A program made the translations under genes and the position numbers. From UHGV virus genome UHGV-1142857: 34,461 nt of DNA; one strand, given 5' to 3'. The stretch's first letter is position 1, and each line of letters begins with the position of its first letter. The notes below the pieces were generated by a model. That model was given only the letters and a program-made list of their open reading frames with translations. It was not told the origin of the DNA and made no database searches. The DNA comes from a virus. Shown piece after piece: positions 25,319-33,233 of the stretch.

Positions 25319-25652
25319 TTAATCCAGCCGCCTCAAAGAAAGCGTTTGCATCCTCCGTCTCTACCGTTTCTTCCGGTTCTTCTTTCTGCCCGAGGTAGTT
25401 TCTTCCCAGCCATATCGCCATAGCTGCATTTTTTTCTGCAAGCCTCCATTGGTGCCGCCGGAGGGATATTTTCCCCAAGCCGCGTTTTTGCCGGAAAACT
25501 TCGGAGAATCCCGCCTTATACGTCCTTTTGCACCAACCTTCCAGTGTCTTGTCTGTCACATCGAAAAAACCGCATATTTCTTCTTTTGTGCATTGCAATC
25601 CGCATAGACCCTCAAACTGTTTTTGATCTATCTCTTTTCGTGGCCTCGGCAT
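25299..25652 (-). CDS. terS: terminase small subunit
   Basis: Start at MPRPRKEIDQKQFEGLCGLQCTKEEICGFFDVTDKTLEGWCKR after GGAGGGAGG (the track ORF is longer upstream). HTH-like N-terminus. 20-nt overlap with terL. Confidence 0.7.
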   Translation of the reverse strand: MPRPRKEIDQKQFEGLCGLQCTKEEICGFFDVTDKTLEGWCKRTYKAGFSEVFRQKRGLGKISLRRHQWRLAEKNAAMAIWLGRNYLGQKEEPEETVETEDANAFFEAAGLNENAEN

Positions 25653-25704
25653 AAAACCGCCTCCCTCCCTTCTTTCACATTGGATCGGTTTGGCAATCCG
25701 ATCT

Positions 25705-25920
25705 TCACCTGTATTCCTTCCCCGTCTGCATATCCATGAGGACGATCCGTTCCTCAATCTTGTATCCTGCCATCTTTGCCAGCCGGTGAACCATGCCGAT
25801 AAACTCCATGGCACGCTTGTCCCGGTATCCGCTCCGATCCGCCTTCTGTATCGCCTCAGCCGCCGTCTTGTCCATGCAGTGGCTCGTGTTGTATAGGTTC
25901 ATCCCGTCACCCTTTCCCAT
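25705..25920 (-). CDS. small conserved-looking protein, first gene of the late operon (start at 25920 or at MNLYN 25902)
   Basis: 71 aa, MDKTAAEAIQKADRSGYRDKRAMEFIGMVHRLAKMAGYKIEERIVLMDMQTGKEYR. The first ATG directly abuts the upstream terminator U-tract. Confidence 0.45.
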   Translation of the reverse strand: MGKGDGMNLYNTSHCMDKTAAEAIQKADRSGYRDKRAMEFIGMVHRLAKMAGYKIEERIVLMDMQTGKEYR

Positions 25921-25960
25921 AACAAAAGCGCCTCTCCTATGGGTAGGCGCTTTCTACTTT
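25921..25960. terminator. intrinsic terminator / attenuator hairpin GCGCCT-11nt-AGGCGC with U-tracts on both strands, placed between a promoter and the first late gene
   Basis: Minus transcript reads stem, then UUUUGUU, then AUG (25920). Plus strand reads stem then TTTCTACTTTTCG. The loop contains AGGAG. Confidence 0.6.
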
Positions 25961-25981
25961 TCGATTCTTTCACACAATACA

Positions 25982-25990
25982 ATTATATCA
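25982..25990 (-). promoter_or_regulatory. extended -10 promoter element TGaTATAAT on the minus strand, about 25 nt upstream of the terminator hairpin
   Basis: Reverse complement of about 25982..25990 is TGATATAAT. No good -35 hexamer. Confidence 0.4.
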
Positions 25991-26019
25991 CCTGTTTTCG
26001 TTGCCCAGTTCACACTTTT

Positions 26020-26466
26020 TCAAATTCCCAAGATATTTTTGATTTCTAAGAGAAAGCTGTTTTTGTAATAATAAAACTTTGTTCTCTCACATGCCACCGT
26101 GCCCGCAAAAGTATCAAAGTTATGCCGCCGCCCGTTCTGGCAGGAAAGCCAGATAGCATTCCGCAGCTTCTCCCTTTCTTTCTCGTTCGGGATGTCTGCT
26201 CCGATCTGCTCTCTTGCCACGGTTATCGCCCGCACGATCCGTGCCCGCTGGTGCAGTTCCAGCTTTTCCAACGCTTCTACCGCCGCCGCGGTCATGTCCC
26301 CCGGTGTCGTTCCGTGCGGCATCCCATCTATCTGCGCCGGGCTTGGCTCCATGATCCGCTTCCGTTCTTCCGCCAGCCACGCCTTGTATTCCTCATACTT
26401 TCGAACGTATTTCAGAACAATAACGCGGCTGTCCCAGTCGATCCTGTATTTCCCTCTTTTTTCCAC
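26020..26466 (-). CDS. candidate late-gene regulator (Q-like antiterminator or RinA/ArpU-type activator)
   Basis: 148 aa, GTG start after GGGAGGCGGAG. Last early-region gene, immediately upstream of the promoter-terminator element and the packaging genes. No family-specific motif recognised. Confidence 0.35.
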   Translation of the reverse strand: MEKRGKYRIDWDSRVIVLKYVRKYEEYKAWLAEERKRIMEPSPAQIDGMPHGTTPGDMTAAAVEALEKLELHQRARIVRAITVAREQIGADIPNEKEREKLRNAIWLSCQNGRRHNFDTFAGTVACERTKFYYYKNSFLLEIKNILGI

Positions 26467-26575
26467 TATGCAGCTCCGCCTCCCTATGGTATACTAGATA
26501 TAGCATACATCATACAGAGCAGTATACCACCGGGAGCGTGGGTGCTGCTCTTTTTATGGGGTAATGTGCCCCGCT

Positions 26576-26776
26576 TTATTCCTCCTCACCATTGGCTGCG
26601 ACATCAAAAGCGTCCAATGGAACGGAGAGTTCTGCATTCTCGGTATCATCGATTGCGCCATATACCAACCCATCTGCAGGAACAATCAACTGAGAAAAAA
26701 AATCCAAGTCTTCGCCGGTGGCTTTGAAAAAACTATCACAGTCAATTTCTATCATTTCAAAGTATCGTGCCATCAT
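26576..26776 (-). CDS. small acidic hypothetical protein
   Basis: Start at MARYFEMIEIDCDSFFKATGEDLDFF (the track ORF starts 5 codons earlier). Highly acidic C-terminus. Confidence 0.4.
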   Translation of the reverse strand: MMARYFEMIEIDCDSFFKATGEDLDFFSQLIVPADGLVYGAIDDTENAELSVPLDAFDVAANGEEE

Positions 26777-27137
26777 TAGATTCCTCCCCATCCATCCTTG
26801 CTCCGCAGTTGGGGCAGTAATTTGATTTTATTGCGCTTCCCTTGCAGCATAAAGAACATGTGTAATAGCGGAAAGGCCTATAAACCTCTTTGCCGAATTT
26901 ATTCATGCCAACAAAGGTTTCATCATCCCATTCTTTCCACTTTCCATGCACCACCGGCGCAACACCAGCGGCGGGCACATACGCCAGCCTGGCACGAATA
27001 TGATTGCAAGCATCACTCCATCCCTGGTTGTAATCCGAATATTCCTCCGGCCTCTGCGAATCTTTATCATAGGGATGCTCCAGAATTGCATGATCCGCAA
27101 TGCTTACAACTGTTTCACGCTCTAAATATTCACTCAT
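26757..27137 (-). CDS. hypothetical protein with C-terminal zinc ribbon (CSLCC...CPNCG)
   Basis: 126 aa ORF from the track; two CxxC pairs near the C-terminus. Confidence 0.45.
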   Translation of the reverse strand: MSEYLERETVVSIADHAILEHPYDKDSQRPEEYSDYNQGWSDACNHIRARLAYVPAAGVAPVVHGKWKEWDDETFVGMNKFGKEVYRPFRYYTCSLCCKGSAIKSNYCPNCGARMDGEESNDGTIL

Positions 27138-27167
27138 TTTTATCTATCCTCCTTAAACACATCCGCA

Positions 27168-27410
27168 TCAATCAACCGCATCATAACCAAGCACCTCCAG
27201 TATATAAATAATTGCCCGTGCCACCGGATCCGACGCCGGATATTCAGATTTTCTATATGCCTCCAGCTTTATATCTCCCGCAATCTCAAGCGGTTTCATT
27301 CCTTCATTTTCGCATTCAGCAATGTAGTCAACCATTTTCCCATGGTATATTACTCCTCCAAACCGCAAAAACCATCTCCCTCCACGGCAACGGGTCAATC
27401 TCTTTTTCAT
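27168..27410 (-). CDS. small protein, paralog of the N-terminus of 27407..27838
   Basis: MKKRLTRCRGGRWFLRFGGVIYHGKMVDYIAECENEGMKPLEI versus MKRLTYMCGGKWRLRIGDTEYSGKAVDRLAAYEGTGLEPEEI. ATGA overlap with the upstream stop. Confidence 0.45.
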   Translation of the reverse strand: MKKRLTRCRGGRWFLRFGGVIYHGKMVDYIAECENEGMKPLEIAGDIKLEAYRKSEYPASDPVARAIIYILEVLGYDAVD

Positions 27411-27838
27411 GCTTTTTCTCCCCGGCTGCAAAAATCATCCGCCCGCATCTCCTGCCCGGTAAATCCGCATAGGTATCCGCATATTTCCAGGCTTTCTCCT
27501 TCATGCAGATGGTACGCATGCTTACAGTTTTCGCATCGGATCCGCGCATCTCCCTCCAACCTTGTCCCGCACATCTCACAATAGGGCGGAAGTATGCCCA
27601 TGTAGTAATCGTCTTTGCAAATTGTATGGAAACACTCTGAGCAATAAAGCTCTCCGCTATGCTCTTCGTCCATCAGCCATACACCCCTATGCTCTTTGTT
27701 TTTGGTAGCGTATATTTCCTCCGGTTCCAGCCCTGTCCCCTCATATGCCGCCAATCGGTCAACCGCTTTTCCGCTATACTCGGTATCCCCTATCCGCAGA
27801 CGCCATTTTCCTCCGCACATGTATGTCAGCCGTTTCAT
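27407..27838 (-). CDS. hypothetical protein: conserved N-terminal module plus Cys-rich (multi CxxC) C-terminal region
   Basis: Start at MKRLTYMC by ATGA overlap. Zinc-binding-like CSEC...CEMCG...CENCK...CGYLC. Confidence 0.45.
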   Translation of the reverse strand: MKRLTYMCGGKWRLRIGDTEYSGKAVDRLAAYEGTGLEPEEIYATKNKEHRGVWLMDEEHSGELYCSECFHTICKDDYYMGILPPYCEMCGTRLEGDARIRCENCKHAYHLHEGESLEICGYLCGFTGQEMRADDFCSRGEKA

Positions 27839-28029
27839 CTCTTTTCTCCCTCCAGTTCCCTGCCGCAGCAGGGGCAGAACTTCAGTTCCGTCCCACTGGA
27901 ATACCGAACTTCTTTCCCCCGGATTCTCTCCCACAGCGCATCATAGGCAACCGTATCCGCTTCCATTGCCGCATCCACCGGATACCTCTCCGCATGGCGG
28001 TATATCTCCAACGCTTCTTTGTCTGTCAT
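27835..28029 (-). CDS. small hypothetical protein ending in a CPCCG zinc-knuckle-like motif
   Basis: Start at MTDKEALEIY by ATGA overlap. Confidence 0.4.
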   Translation of the reverse strand: MTDKEALEIYRHAERYPVDAAMEADTVAYDALWERIRGKEVRYSSGTELKFCPCCGRELEGEKR

Positions 28030-28235
28030 TTCTTTTCCTCCATCAATTTTTCCATCGTCGTTACCTTTCTCCCGCAGTGCATACAATACACCGGGGTTGA
28101 TTTCCGCCGGTTCTCCGATACAAATTCCCCGGCATCTGTTTCTGCTCCGCCAAACGTATAATACTGAACATATCGAACACGTTCATTACTGAAAAGTCCT
28201 TCCCCGTTTCCGCAAAACGGACAACACTTCATCAC
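28026..28235 (-). CDS. zinc-ribbon protein (CPFCG ... CMHCG)
   Basis: 69 aa; two CxxC pairs about 40 aa apart. Confidence 0.5.
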   Translation of the reverse strand: MMKCCPFCGNGEGLFSNERVRYVQYYTFGGAETDAGEFVSENRRKSTPVYCMHCGRKVTTMEKLMEEKK

Positions 28236-28441
28236 TCATATCCCTCGCATAATGTTTCAATCGCCTTGTTTCTCCCTGCGTTGATATTTTTAATTGCTCG
28301 TATAACAGCATTTTTTTCCATAATTTCATCGAGCTCTTTTTCATGTTTTTCCATGATGATTTTTAGCATTAGTTCTACGACCTCAAGCTCTATCCCCTTC
28401 TCCATAACTTCCGCAAGTGTTGTATTCCAATCTATACCCAT
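28232..28441 (-). CDS. small helical hypothetical protein
   Basis: Start at MGIDWNTTLAEVMEKGIELEV after GGGAGGAAACGTG. TGATG overlap with the RusA-like stop. Confidence 0.4.
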   Translation of the reverse strand: MGIDWNTTLAEVMEKGIELEVVELMLKIIMEKHEKELDEIMEKNAVIRAIKNINAGRNKAIETLCEGYE

Positions 28442-28803
28442 CACGTTTCCTCCCTCACTCTTACCTTCACGCCCTCGCCCTGCCAAAAGCCCTGATATAT
28501 CCCTTTAACGTGCTTCCGGTCGTCGTCCTCGATCACCCAGCCCTTTAGGCCGTCTTCGATGAGCTTGGTCAAATACCCATGGTTGGAGCAGTCCAGACGC
28601 GAATTGTAGTAAAATTCCAGTATGACCGGGCCTTTCATGGGCTTCCTGGGGATTTTCTGCGCAAGCAGCTCCGCCCACACTTTCTCATGGATACGTGCCG
28701 CATCTGCATTTCTCTTTGCCCAGTGCTTCCCCGCATATACCGCGTTAAACCCATAGTCCTTCGCCGTCACCCGGATGGGCAGTATGATTTCCAGCATCCT
28801 CAT
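28441..28803 (-). CDS. rusA: RusA-like Holliday junction resolvase
   Basis: Start at MRMLEIILPIRVTAKDYGFNAVYAGKHWAKRNADAARIHEK... Fits the RusA pattern (HW..R, GPV.LE, R.D.DN...K...D.L, ..DD). ATGA overlap with the upstream gene. The track ORF is extended upstream. Confidence 0.6.
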   Translation of the reverse strand: MRMLEIILPIRVTAKDYGFNAVYAGKHWAKRNADAARIHEKVWAELLAQKIPRKPMKGPVILEFYYNSRLDCSNHGYLTKLIEDGLKGWVIEDDDRKHVKGIYQGFWQGEGVKVRVREET

Positions 28804-29168
28804 CCCTCCCGGAACAGCGGGCACTTTTTCACCCACAAGGTCTTGCCTCCTTCTACGATCATTTCCTCCGCCTCCCAGCCCGGCACCGGATCCCAGCGGA
28901 TGTCCCCGTTTTTCTTCAGCCCAACCCGCGGACATACATTTTCCGGGTTGGTGGCGTGATAACAGCTCCAGCATAGCTGCTCCCCCTGGCTTGTCTGCGG
29001 CTTGCGTACATACCGGATTCCCCGTTCCCGGGCCTGGGTCTGTATTGCCCAAACCGTCCGCCCAAGGATATATGCAATTTCACTGGCCGTGTGGGTCTTG
29101 CCCAGATTCGCAAGCCGCTCGACGTCCTTTTTCGTCCATGGTGCTCGGTGGTTTTCTGCTTTCTTCAT
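28800..29168 (-). CDS. DNA-binding protein with GcrA-like N-terminal HTH (WTKKDVERL...TASEIAYILGRT) and Cys-rich C-terminus
   Basis: 122 aa; RBS GGGGTGGA. Confidence 0.4.
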   Translation of the reverse strand: MKKAENHRAPWTKKDVERLANLGKTHTASEIAYILGRTVWAIQTQARERGIRYVRKPQTSQGEQLCWSCYHATNPENVCPRVGLKKNGDIRWDPVPGWEAEEMIVEGGKTLWVKKCPLFREG

Positions 29169-29177
29169 CGTCCACCC

Positions 29178-29564
29178 CTAGAACGGCAGGTCATCATCCG
29201 GCATGTACCCGTCGTCCGGCGCAAACATGCCGTCTTTTACTTCCCTGCTTTCCGCCCCCTTGGGCCTGGCCAGAAATTCCACATCCTCCGCCTGAATCTC
29301 GGTCACATAGCGCCGGGAACCGTCCTTTGCGTCATAGCTCCGGGTTCGAAGCTCGCCGCAAACCGCCGCCTGTTGTCCCTTCACGAGATATTTGGCGCAG
29401 TTATCCGCCAGTCCCCGCCATGCCACGACATTCAGAAAATCGCTTTCCTCTTTATTCGTCCGCCGCATCACCGCAACGGTGAACGTTGCCACCGAAATGC
29501 CGCCCGGCGTGGTTTTCAGCTCCGGCGCTTTGGTCAGCCGCCCGATAATAAATACTTTGTTCAT
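29178..29564 (-). CDS. ssb: single-stranded DNA-binding protein
   Basis: Start at MNKVFIIGRLTKAPELKTTPGGISVATFTVAV after GGAGGGAGAAGC. OB-fold pattern and acidic tail DDDLPF. ATGA overlap with the DnaC-like stop. Confidence 0.88.
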   Translation of the reverse strand: MNKVFIIGRLTKAPELKTTPGGISVATFTVAVMRRTNKEESDFLNVVAWRGLADNCAKYLVKGQQAAVCGELRTRSYDAKDGSRRYVTEIQAEDVEFLARPKGAESREVKDGMFAPDDGYMPDDDLPF

Positions 29565-30418
29565 GCTTCTCCCTCCAAAAGTCTTTTGATCGCTTCCCTG
29601 CGTTCCTTCGCCGCCTGCATGCGCAGGCTTTTCCCTGGGAACTCCACGGGATGGCACACCCCTAATATCCGATCATAGATCCGCCGGTATGCCAGCCCCG
29701 CCTCTTTAAAATCCTTCTGCGCAAGATTCGTCGTGATGATTAACGGCCTGCCGCTCTTAATACGCGTGTCCATCACCTCGAACACCTTTTCCTGCCCAAA
29801 GCTGCTCTCCCGCTCCACGCCCATGTCGTCAATCACCACCAGTTCCGCCTCTTCGATGTCTTTTAAAACCTCGCTCTGGTCGCCAAAATTGGACTGGATG
29901 CTGCTCAACAGCTTGGGCAGGCTGGTCGCCAGCACGAAAATCCCCTTGTCGATGAGAGCGTTGGCGATGCAGTAGGCCGCATAACTCTTTCCAGCTCCTA
30001 CGCCTCCGTAAAGCAGCAAGCCGATATTTTCGCTTCGCACTTTCGCCCATTGCTCCACATACCGCTGGCAAATCCGCATCTGCTCCGGGTTGTATCCCCG
30101 GTCGTTTGCAAACGTCCATGTCTGGCAGACCGTGTCGCCAATCCCCTGCCGCCGCAGTTCCCGGATGCGTCGCTGCACCTCCATCCGCCGTAGTTCTTCC
30201 TGTTCCTTCTCATGGGCTTTGCGCTTGCATGTACAGGCGACGCGAACCTTGCACATCTTTCCGCCCGGAAACGGGATGACTGCTTCTTTTGGCGTTCCGC
30301 AGCGCCCGCAGATGAGAAGGCCATTTTCATTCAAATAATCGTCGGGCTGTTCCGGGTTCGCCTCTCGGCTCTTTTGGATCATCGCGTCAAGTACCGCGTC
30401 AATCGTACCAGTCTCCAT
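29561..30418 (-). CDS. DnaC/IstB-like helicase loader ATPase with N-terminal zinc-binding region
   Basis: Start at METGTIDAV after AGGAGGAG. Walker A GGVGAGKS, Walker B VVIDDMG. N-terminal CGRCG...CTC. Confidence 0.82.
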   Translation of the reverse strand: METGTIDAVLDAMIQKSREANPEQPDDYLNENGLLICGRCGTPKEAVIPFPGGKMCKVRVACTCKRKAHEKEQEELRRMEVQRRIRELRRQGIGDTVCQTWTFANDRGYNPEQMRICQRYVEQWAKVRSENIGLLLYGGVGAGKSYAAYCIANALIDKGIFVLATSLPKLLSSIQSNFGDQSEVLKDIEEAELVVIDDMGVERESSFGQEKVFEVMDTRIKSGRPLIITTNLAQKDFKEAGLAYRRIYDRILGVCHPVEFPGKSLRMQAAKERREAIKRLLEGEA

Positions 30419-31124
30419 CGTACTTCTGCTCCTCCTTGTTTGCGTATTTCCCCTCCAGCACTTTGGCCATATTGGCGTCCCGCACCAGCCAGTCAAAGTC
30501 TGCCCGCCAGTTTCGGTCGTTCCCGCCGTTCAGAAACCGGCTCTCCCCCGCCAGCCGGAACAGCTTCTCAAAATCCTCCAGGGCATACCCCGAGGAATAC
30601 CTTGCCCTGACCGCTCTTTCCCTGGCGTCCGATATCTTCATACAGCGGTTCATTTTCGGGCAGAGATCGTTATACAGGTTTACGATTTTCTGATAAGGGA
30701 TCCCAGGCGCGCGCGCTTCTTCTGCTTCTTCTCTGTTTTCGTTTATGTTTATGTCTTTGTTTATGTTTATTAATGTTCCGGCAACTCGTCCGGAACTCGT
30801 CCGGCTACTTGTCCGGAACTCGTCCGGCAACTCGTCCAGAATATGACATATAGAAAGCATTTTAAACATTCCTGCCTGCCGGGGTTTCCCAGGAATATAT
30901 TCAATGAGACCCCGCTGTTTGAGCTTGTTTTTCGCGTCTGCAAGACTGGATCGGGAAAGACCTGTTATCTGCTGTAAAATCAGATTGCTCGCCGTAAACT
31001 CGGTTTTCCACATAGTGCTGTTGTTTATGTGCATCAAGGCATGCCATAACGCAATCTCACTTGTGGACAGTCGGTTTGCCAGCAAATAATCGTGAAAAGC
31101 ATTCAGTTCCGCTATATAGTTCAT
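30399..31124 (-). CDS. DnaD-like replication initiator / replisome organiser with internal origin repeats
   Basis: 241 aa. N-terminal winged-HTH replisome-organiser-like domain (LSTSEIALWHALMHINN...LQQITGLSRSSLADAKNKLKQRGLIEY). C-terminal DnaD-like domain (..FEKLFRLAG..). Linker encoded by iterons. Confidence 0.75.
   Translation of the reverse strand: MNYIAELNAFHDYLLANRLSTSEIALWHALMHINNSTMWKTEFTASNLILQQITGLSRSSLADAKNKLKQRGLIEYIPGKPRQAGMFKMLSICHILDELPDEFRTSSRTSSGRVAGTLININKDININENREEAEEARAPGIPYQKIVNLYNDLCPKMNRCMKISDARERAVRARYSSGYALEDFEKLFRLAGESRFLNGGNDRNWRADFDWLVRDANMAKVLEGKYANKEEQKYDGDWYD
30734..30838. repeat. putative replication origin inside the initiator gene: AT-rich (gtttatgt)x4 tract followed by about 2.5 copies of a 23-bp iteron (CCGGcAACTCGTCCGGAACTCGT)
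   Basis: Direct reading. Repeats fall in the inter-domain linker (LDELPDEFRTSSRTSSGRVAG...ININKDININ). Confidence 0.6.
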
Positions 31125-31143
31125 CTCTCTGCTTCCCTCTCTG

Positions 31144-31479
31144 TCATGCCCGGTTCCATTCCCGGTCGATCTGCTCTCGGAGGAGGTTCACCTCCAGCTT
31201 ATACACGTTAATCGCCTCCATTGACGCCTTGTATACCACCTCGGCGATATCCCTCTGCATACAAAGTTCGGCAATATCCGGACGTCCCCGGCAAATATCT
31301 GAAAGAATGGTTACCGGCGTTCCCTTTTCCCGCTCCTCCAGCATGGCCTTTCTAAGGGCGATTCGGTATTCCTTGTGGCTCATGGAATATGCCCTGCCGC
31401 GCTTTCCGCACATCTCCAGCGCCTTGTCCAAAAGCATCGTCTTTTCCTGCATCTCTTCAAAAAGTTCCTGCCCGCTCAT
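31144..31479 (-). CDS. hypothetical replication-module protein
   Basis: Start at MSGQELFEEMQEK after GGAAGGAA. ATGA overlap with the upstream gene. Confidence 0.4.
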   Translation of the reverse strand: MSGQELFEEMQEKTMLLDKALEMCGKRGRAYSMSHKEYRIALRKAMLEEREKGTPVTILSDICRGRPDIAELCMQRDIAEVVYKASMEAINVYKLEVNLLREQIDREWNRA

Positions 31480-31736
31480 AAATAATTCCTTCCAAAGGTT
31501 TCCACAAATTCGCCGCGCGTCCATCCTGCATCCTCAAGTTTTCGCTGATACCGCTCATGGAGCCGCCGGGCGAAGCACGCGTCCGAATGAACGCCATTCT
31601 TGCCAGTGTGTGCCTGCCTTGGCAGATAGATCACGCAATTATATTTCTCGCTCCATTTCCGATTCGGTCCCCCAAATACATGATGCAGTTCACAAGCATA
31701 TTCCGGACGTTCCGGCCGATTCAGAGGTTTTCTCAT
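31476..31736 (-). CDS. small HNH-like / His-Me-finger-like protein
   Basis: Start at MRKPLNRPERPEYACELHHVFGGPNRKWSEKYNCVIYLPRQAHTGKNGVH after GGAGAAG. HH...N...N...H spacing. ATGA overlap. Confidence 0.35.
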   Translation of the reverse strand: MRKPLNRPERPEYACELHHVFGGPNRKWSEKYNCVIYLPRQAHTGKNGVHSDACFARRLHERYQRKLEDAGWTRGEFVETFGRNYL

Positions 31737-32362
31737 TGCTTCTCCTGGCCCGTTTGCTTTTCCTGTTTTGCATATTCCTTCTTTCCGCAGCTCATGCACA
31801 TCGTCTTTCCAAACGTCTTTTGGCTGCTCGCCGCGATCTGCTCCGCCGTATGTCCGCCCATTGCCAAAATTCGTTTTCCGCATACCTCGCAGAAGGGCTC
31901 GCTGCCGGGCATGGAGGTGTCGGGTTCCCTCCGGGATGCGGCCCCCGGGCGGCCCGCCGGCTTTTCTTCCTCCGGCAGGTCCTCCCCGGCATAGATGTAA
32001 AGCCCCAGCCCATGCCGCGCAATCGCCTTTGTCAAACTCCGCTGAATGGCCTTGTTCACGTCAAAGCTGGTGACGCTTTCCAGGGGAATGCTCCGGTTGC
32101 GGTGATCCATCACCGGCAGATATTCAATGCACTCCTGCCCGCCGATGGTTACCCCAGTCTTGACCCAGCAGGTCCGCCCGTCCGTGTGGTAGCACCACCC
32201 CTCCCGGTTTTCATAGATGGTATATGCCGCCTCCGGATACCGCTTTTTTACCTCGCCCCAGGCCCATGCCCAGGAGAGATATGTCAGCCCGTTTTTCTTC
32301 TCGGTTTTGTCGTTGACGTTGATGGCGCTCAACGCAGCGAATACGTTCTTTTCCTCTTCCAT
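31733..32362 (-). CDS. Rad52-like single-strand annealing protein (Sak / DUF1071-type) with C-terminal C4 zinc ribbon
   Basis: 209 aa. GLTYLSWAWAWGEVKKRYPEAAYTIYEN...DVNKAIQRSLTKAIARHGLGLYIYAGEDLP matches the Sak-family core. CEVCG...CMSCG at the C-terminus. Confidence 0.45.
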   Translation of the reverse strand: MEEEKNVFAALSAINVNDKTEKKNGLTYLSWAWAWGEVKKRYPEAAYTIYENREGWCYHTDGRTCWVKTGVTIGGQECIEYLPVMDHRNRSIPLESVTSFDVNKAIQRSLTKAIARHGLGLYIYAGEDLPEEEKPAGRPGAASRREPDTSMPGSEPFCEVCGKRILAMGGHTAEQIAASSQKTFGKTMCMSCGKKEYAKQEKQTGQEKQ

Positions 32363-32363
32363 T

Positions 32364-32567
32364 TCATGCCTCCAGCTCTACCGGGCATTCCTGTCCCCGC
32401 CGCGCCCATGGGTCGGCGATCATCTCATTGGTCAGCCGGCACCAGTGCCGCCCCATCTCGTCCCGGCGGCAGAATCGGCACCACTGGCAAAATACCTGAT
32501 CCTCCGGGAAATGGACATATATCTCCGCTTTCCCTTTCGTGTAATATTTCACGCCTTTTTCAAACAT
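32364..32567 (-). CDS. small Cys-rich protein (CQWCRFC...C)
   Basis: 67-aa track ORF. Confidence 0.45.
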   Translation of the reverse strand: MFEKGVKYYTKGKAEIYVHFPEDQVFCQWCRFCRRDEMGRHWCRLTNEMIADPWARRGQECPVELEA

Positions 32568-32696
32568 GGTCTTTTTCCTTTCTTCAGCATCTTCCGCAGA
32601 AGCCGGGTCGCCTCTTCCGACGCGCTCATGGCGCCGTCCGGATCGTCCTCCGGTTCCCGCTCATACCCCCACTTTTCGCAGTTCACGATGTAGGGC

Positions 32697-32870
32697 GGAT
32701 CCCCTTCATGCGTCATGGCTGTCCTCATATTTCCGGACTTCCTCTTTCAATTCCTTATATTTTTCCTCCCATTCTTTCGCATCGCCTCGGGCCAGCCGTA
32801 GACTGATTTCCAAATCACGAATGCGCGCGCCCAGCGTGAAAAAAACCGTGGTTAAATCTCTATCTTCCAT
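32697..32870 (-). CDS. 57-aa coiled-coil small ORF
   Basis: ATG after AGGAGAGAAGGAA. Overlaps the stop of 32860..33141. Not in the track. Confidence 0.25.
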
Positions 32871-33141
32871 TTCCTTCTCTCCTCTCTACTGTCCTCCATA
32901 CCGTCACCGACCTCCCGGTCGTACCGTCAATCCGTATCCCGCAGGGTTCCACCCGCCCTGCCTTTTTAAGCTCGGTCAGCCGCGGAGCCGCAGCGTTGCG
33001 CTCATGAAACCCCAATTTCTCGGCAATCTCCCGCGCCGTCATCTCGCGGCCATCCAGCACCGCCAAAATCTCTCTCTTGCGCGTCTCCCTGTCCATCGCT
33101 TCATAGCTTTCCCGCCGTGTCTGCCGGGGAATGTCCACCAT
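32860..33141 (-). CDS. winged-helix DNA-binding protein (MarR/ArsR-like small regulator)
   Basis: 93 aa; REILAVLDGREMTAREIAEKLGFHERNAAAPRLTELKKAGRVE is wHTH-like. Confidence 0.55.
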   Translation of the reverse strand: MVDIPRQTRRESYEAMDRETRKREILAVLDGREMTAREIAEKLGFHERNAAAPRLTELKKAGRVEPCGIRIDGTTGRSVTVWRTVERREGNGR

Positions 33142-33233
33142 TTCTATTCCCTCCCTCTCTTGTATTGTTTTCGTCGGTGTGATATACTGTATTTGTAGTT
33201 TGTAGGGATTGGGCCGCGTCAGCGGCTCTTTCT

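Noticed and set aside
24470-25423. 317-aa plus-strand ORF
   Set aside because: Antisense to terminase large subunit; low-complexity; no RBS.
26516-26556. Plus-strand hairpin AGAGCAG-22nt-CTGCTCT plus TTTTTAT upstream of the late regulator gene
   Set aside because: Large loop and wrong strand for the minus-strand operon; possibly a protein-binding or RNA element, but no supportable call.
31061-32806. 581-aa plus-strand ORF
   Set aside because: Runs antisense across five well-supported minus-strand genes. Arg/Pro/Ser-rich. Frame artefact.
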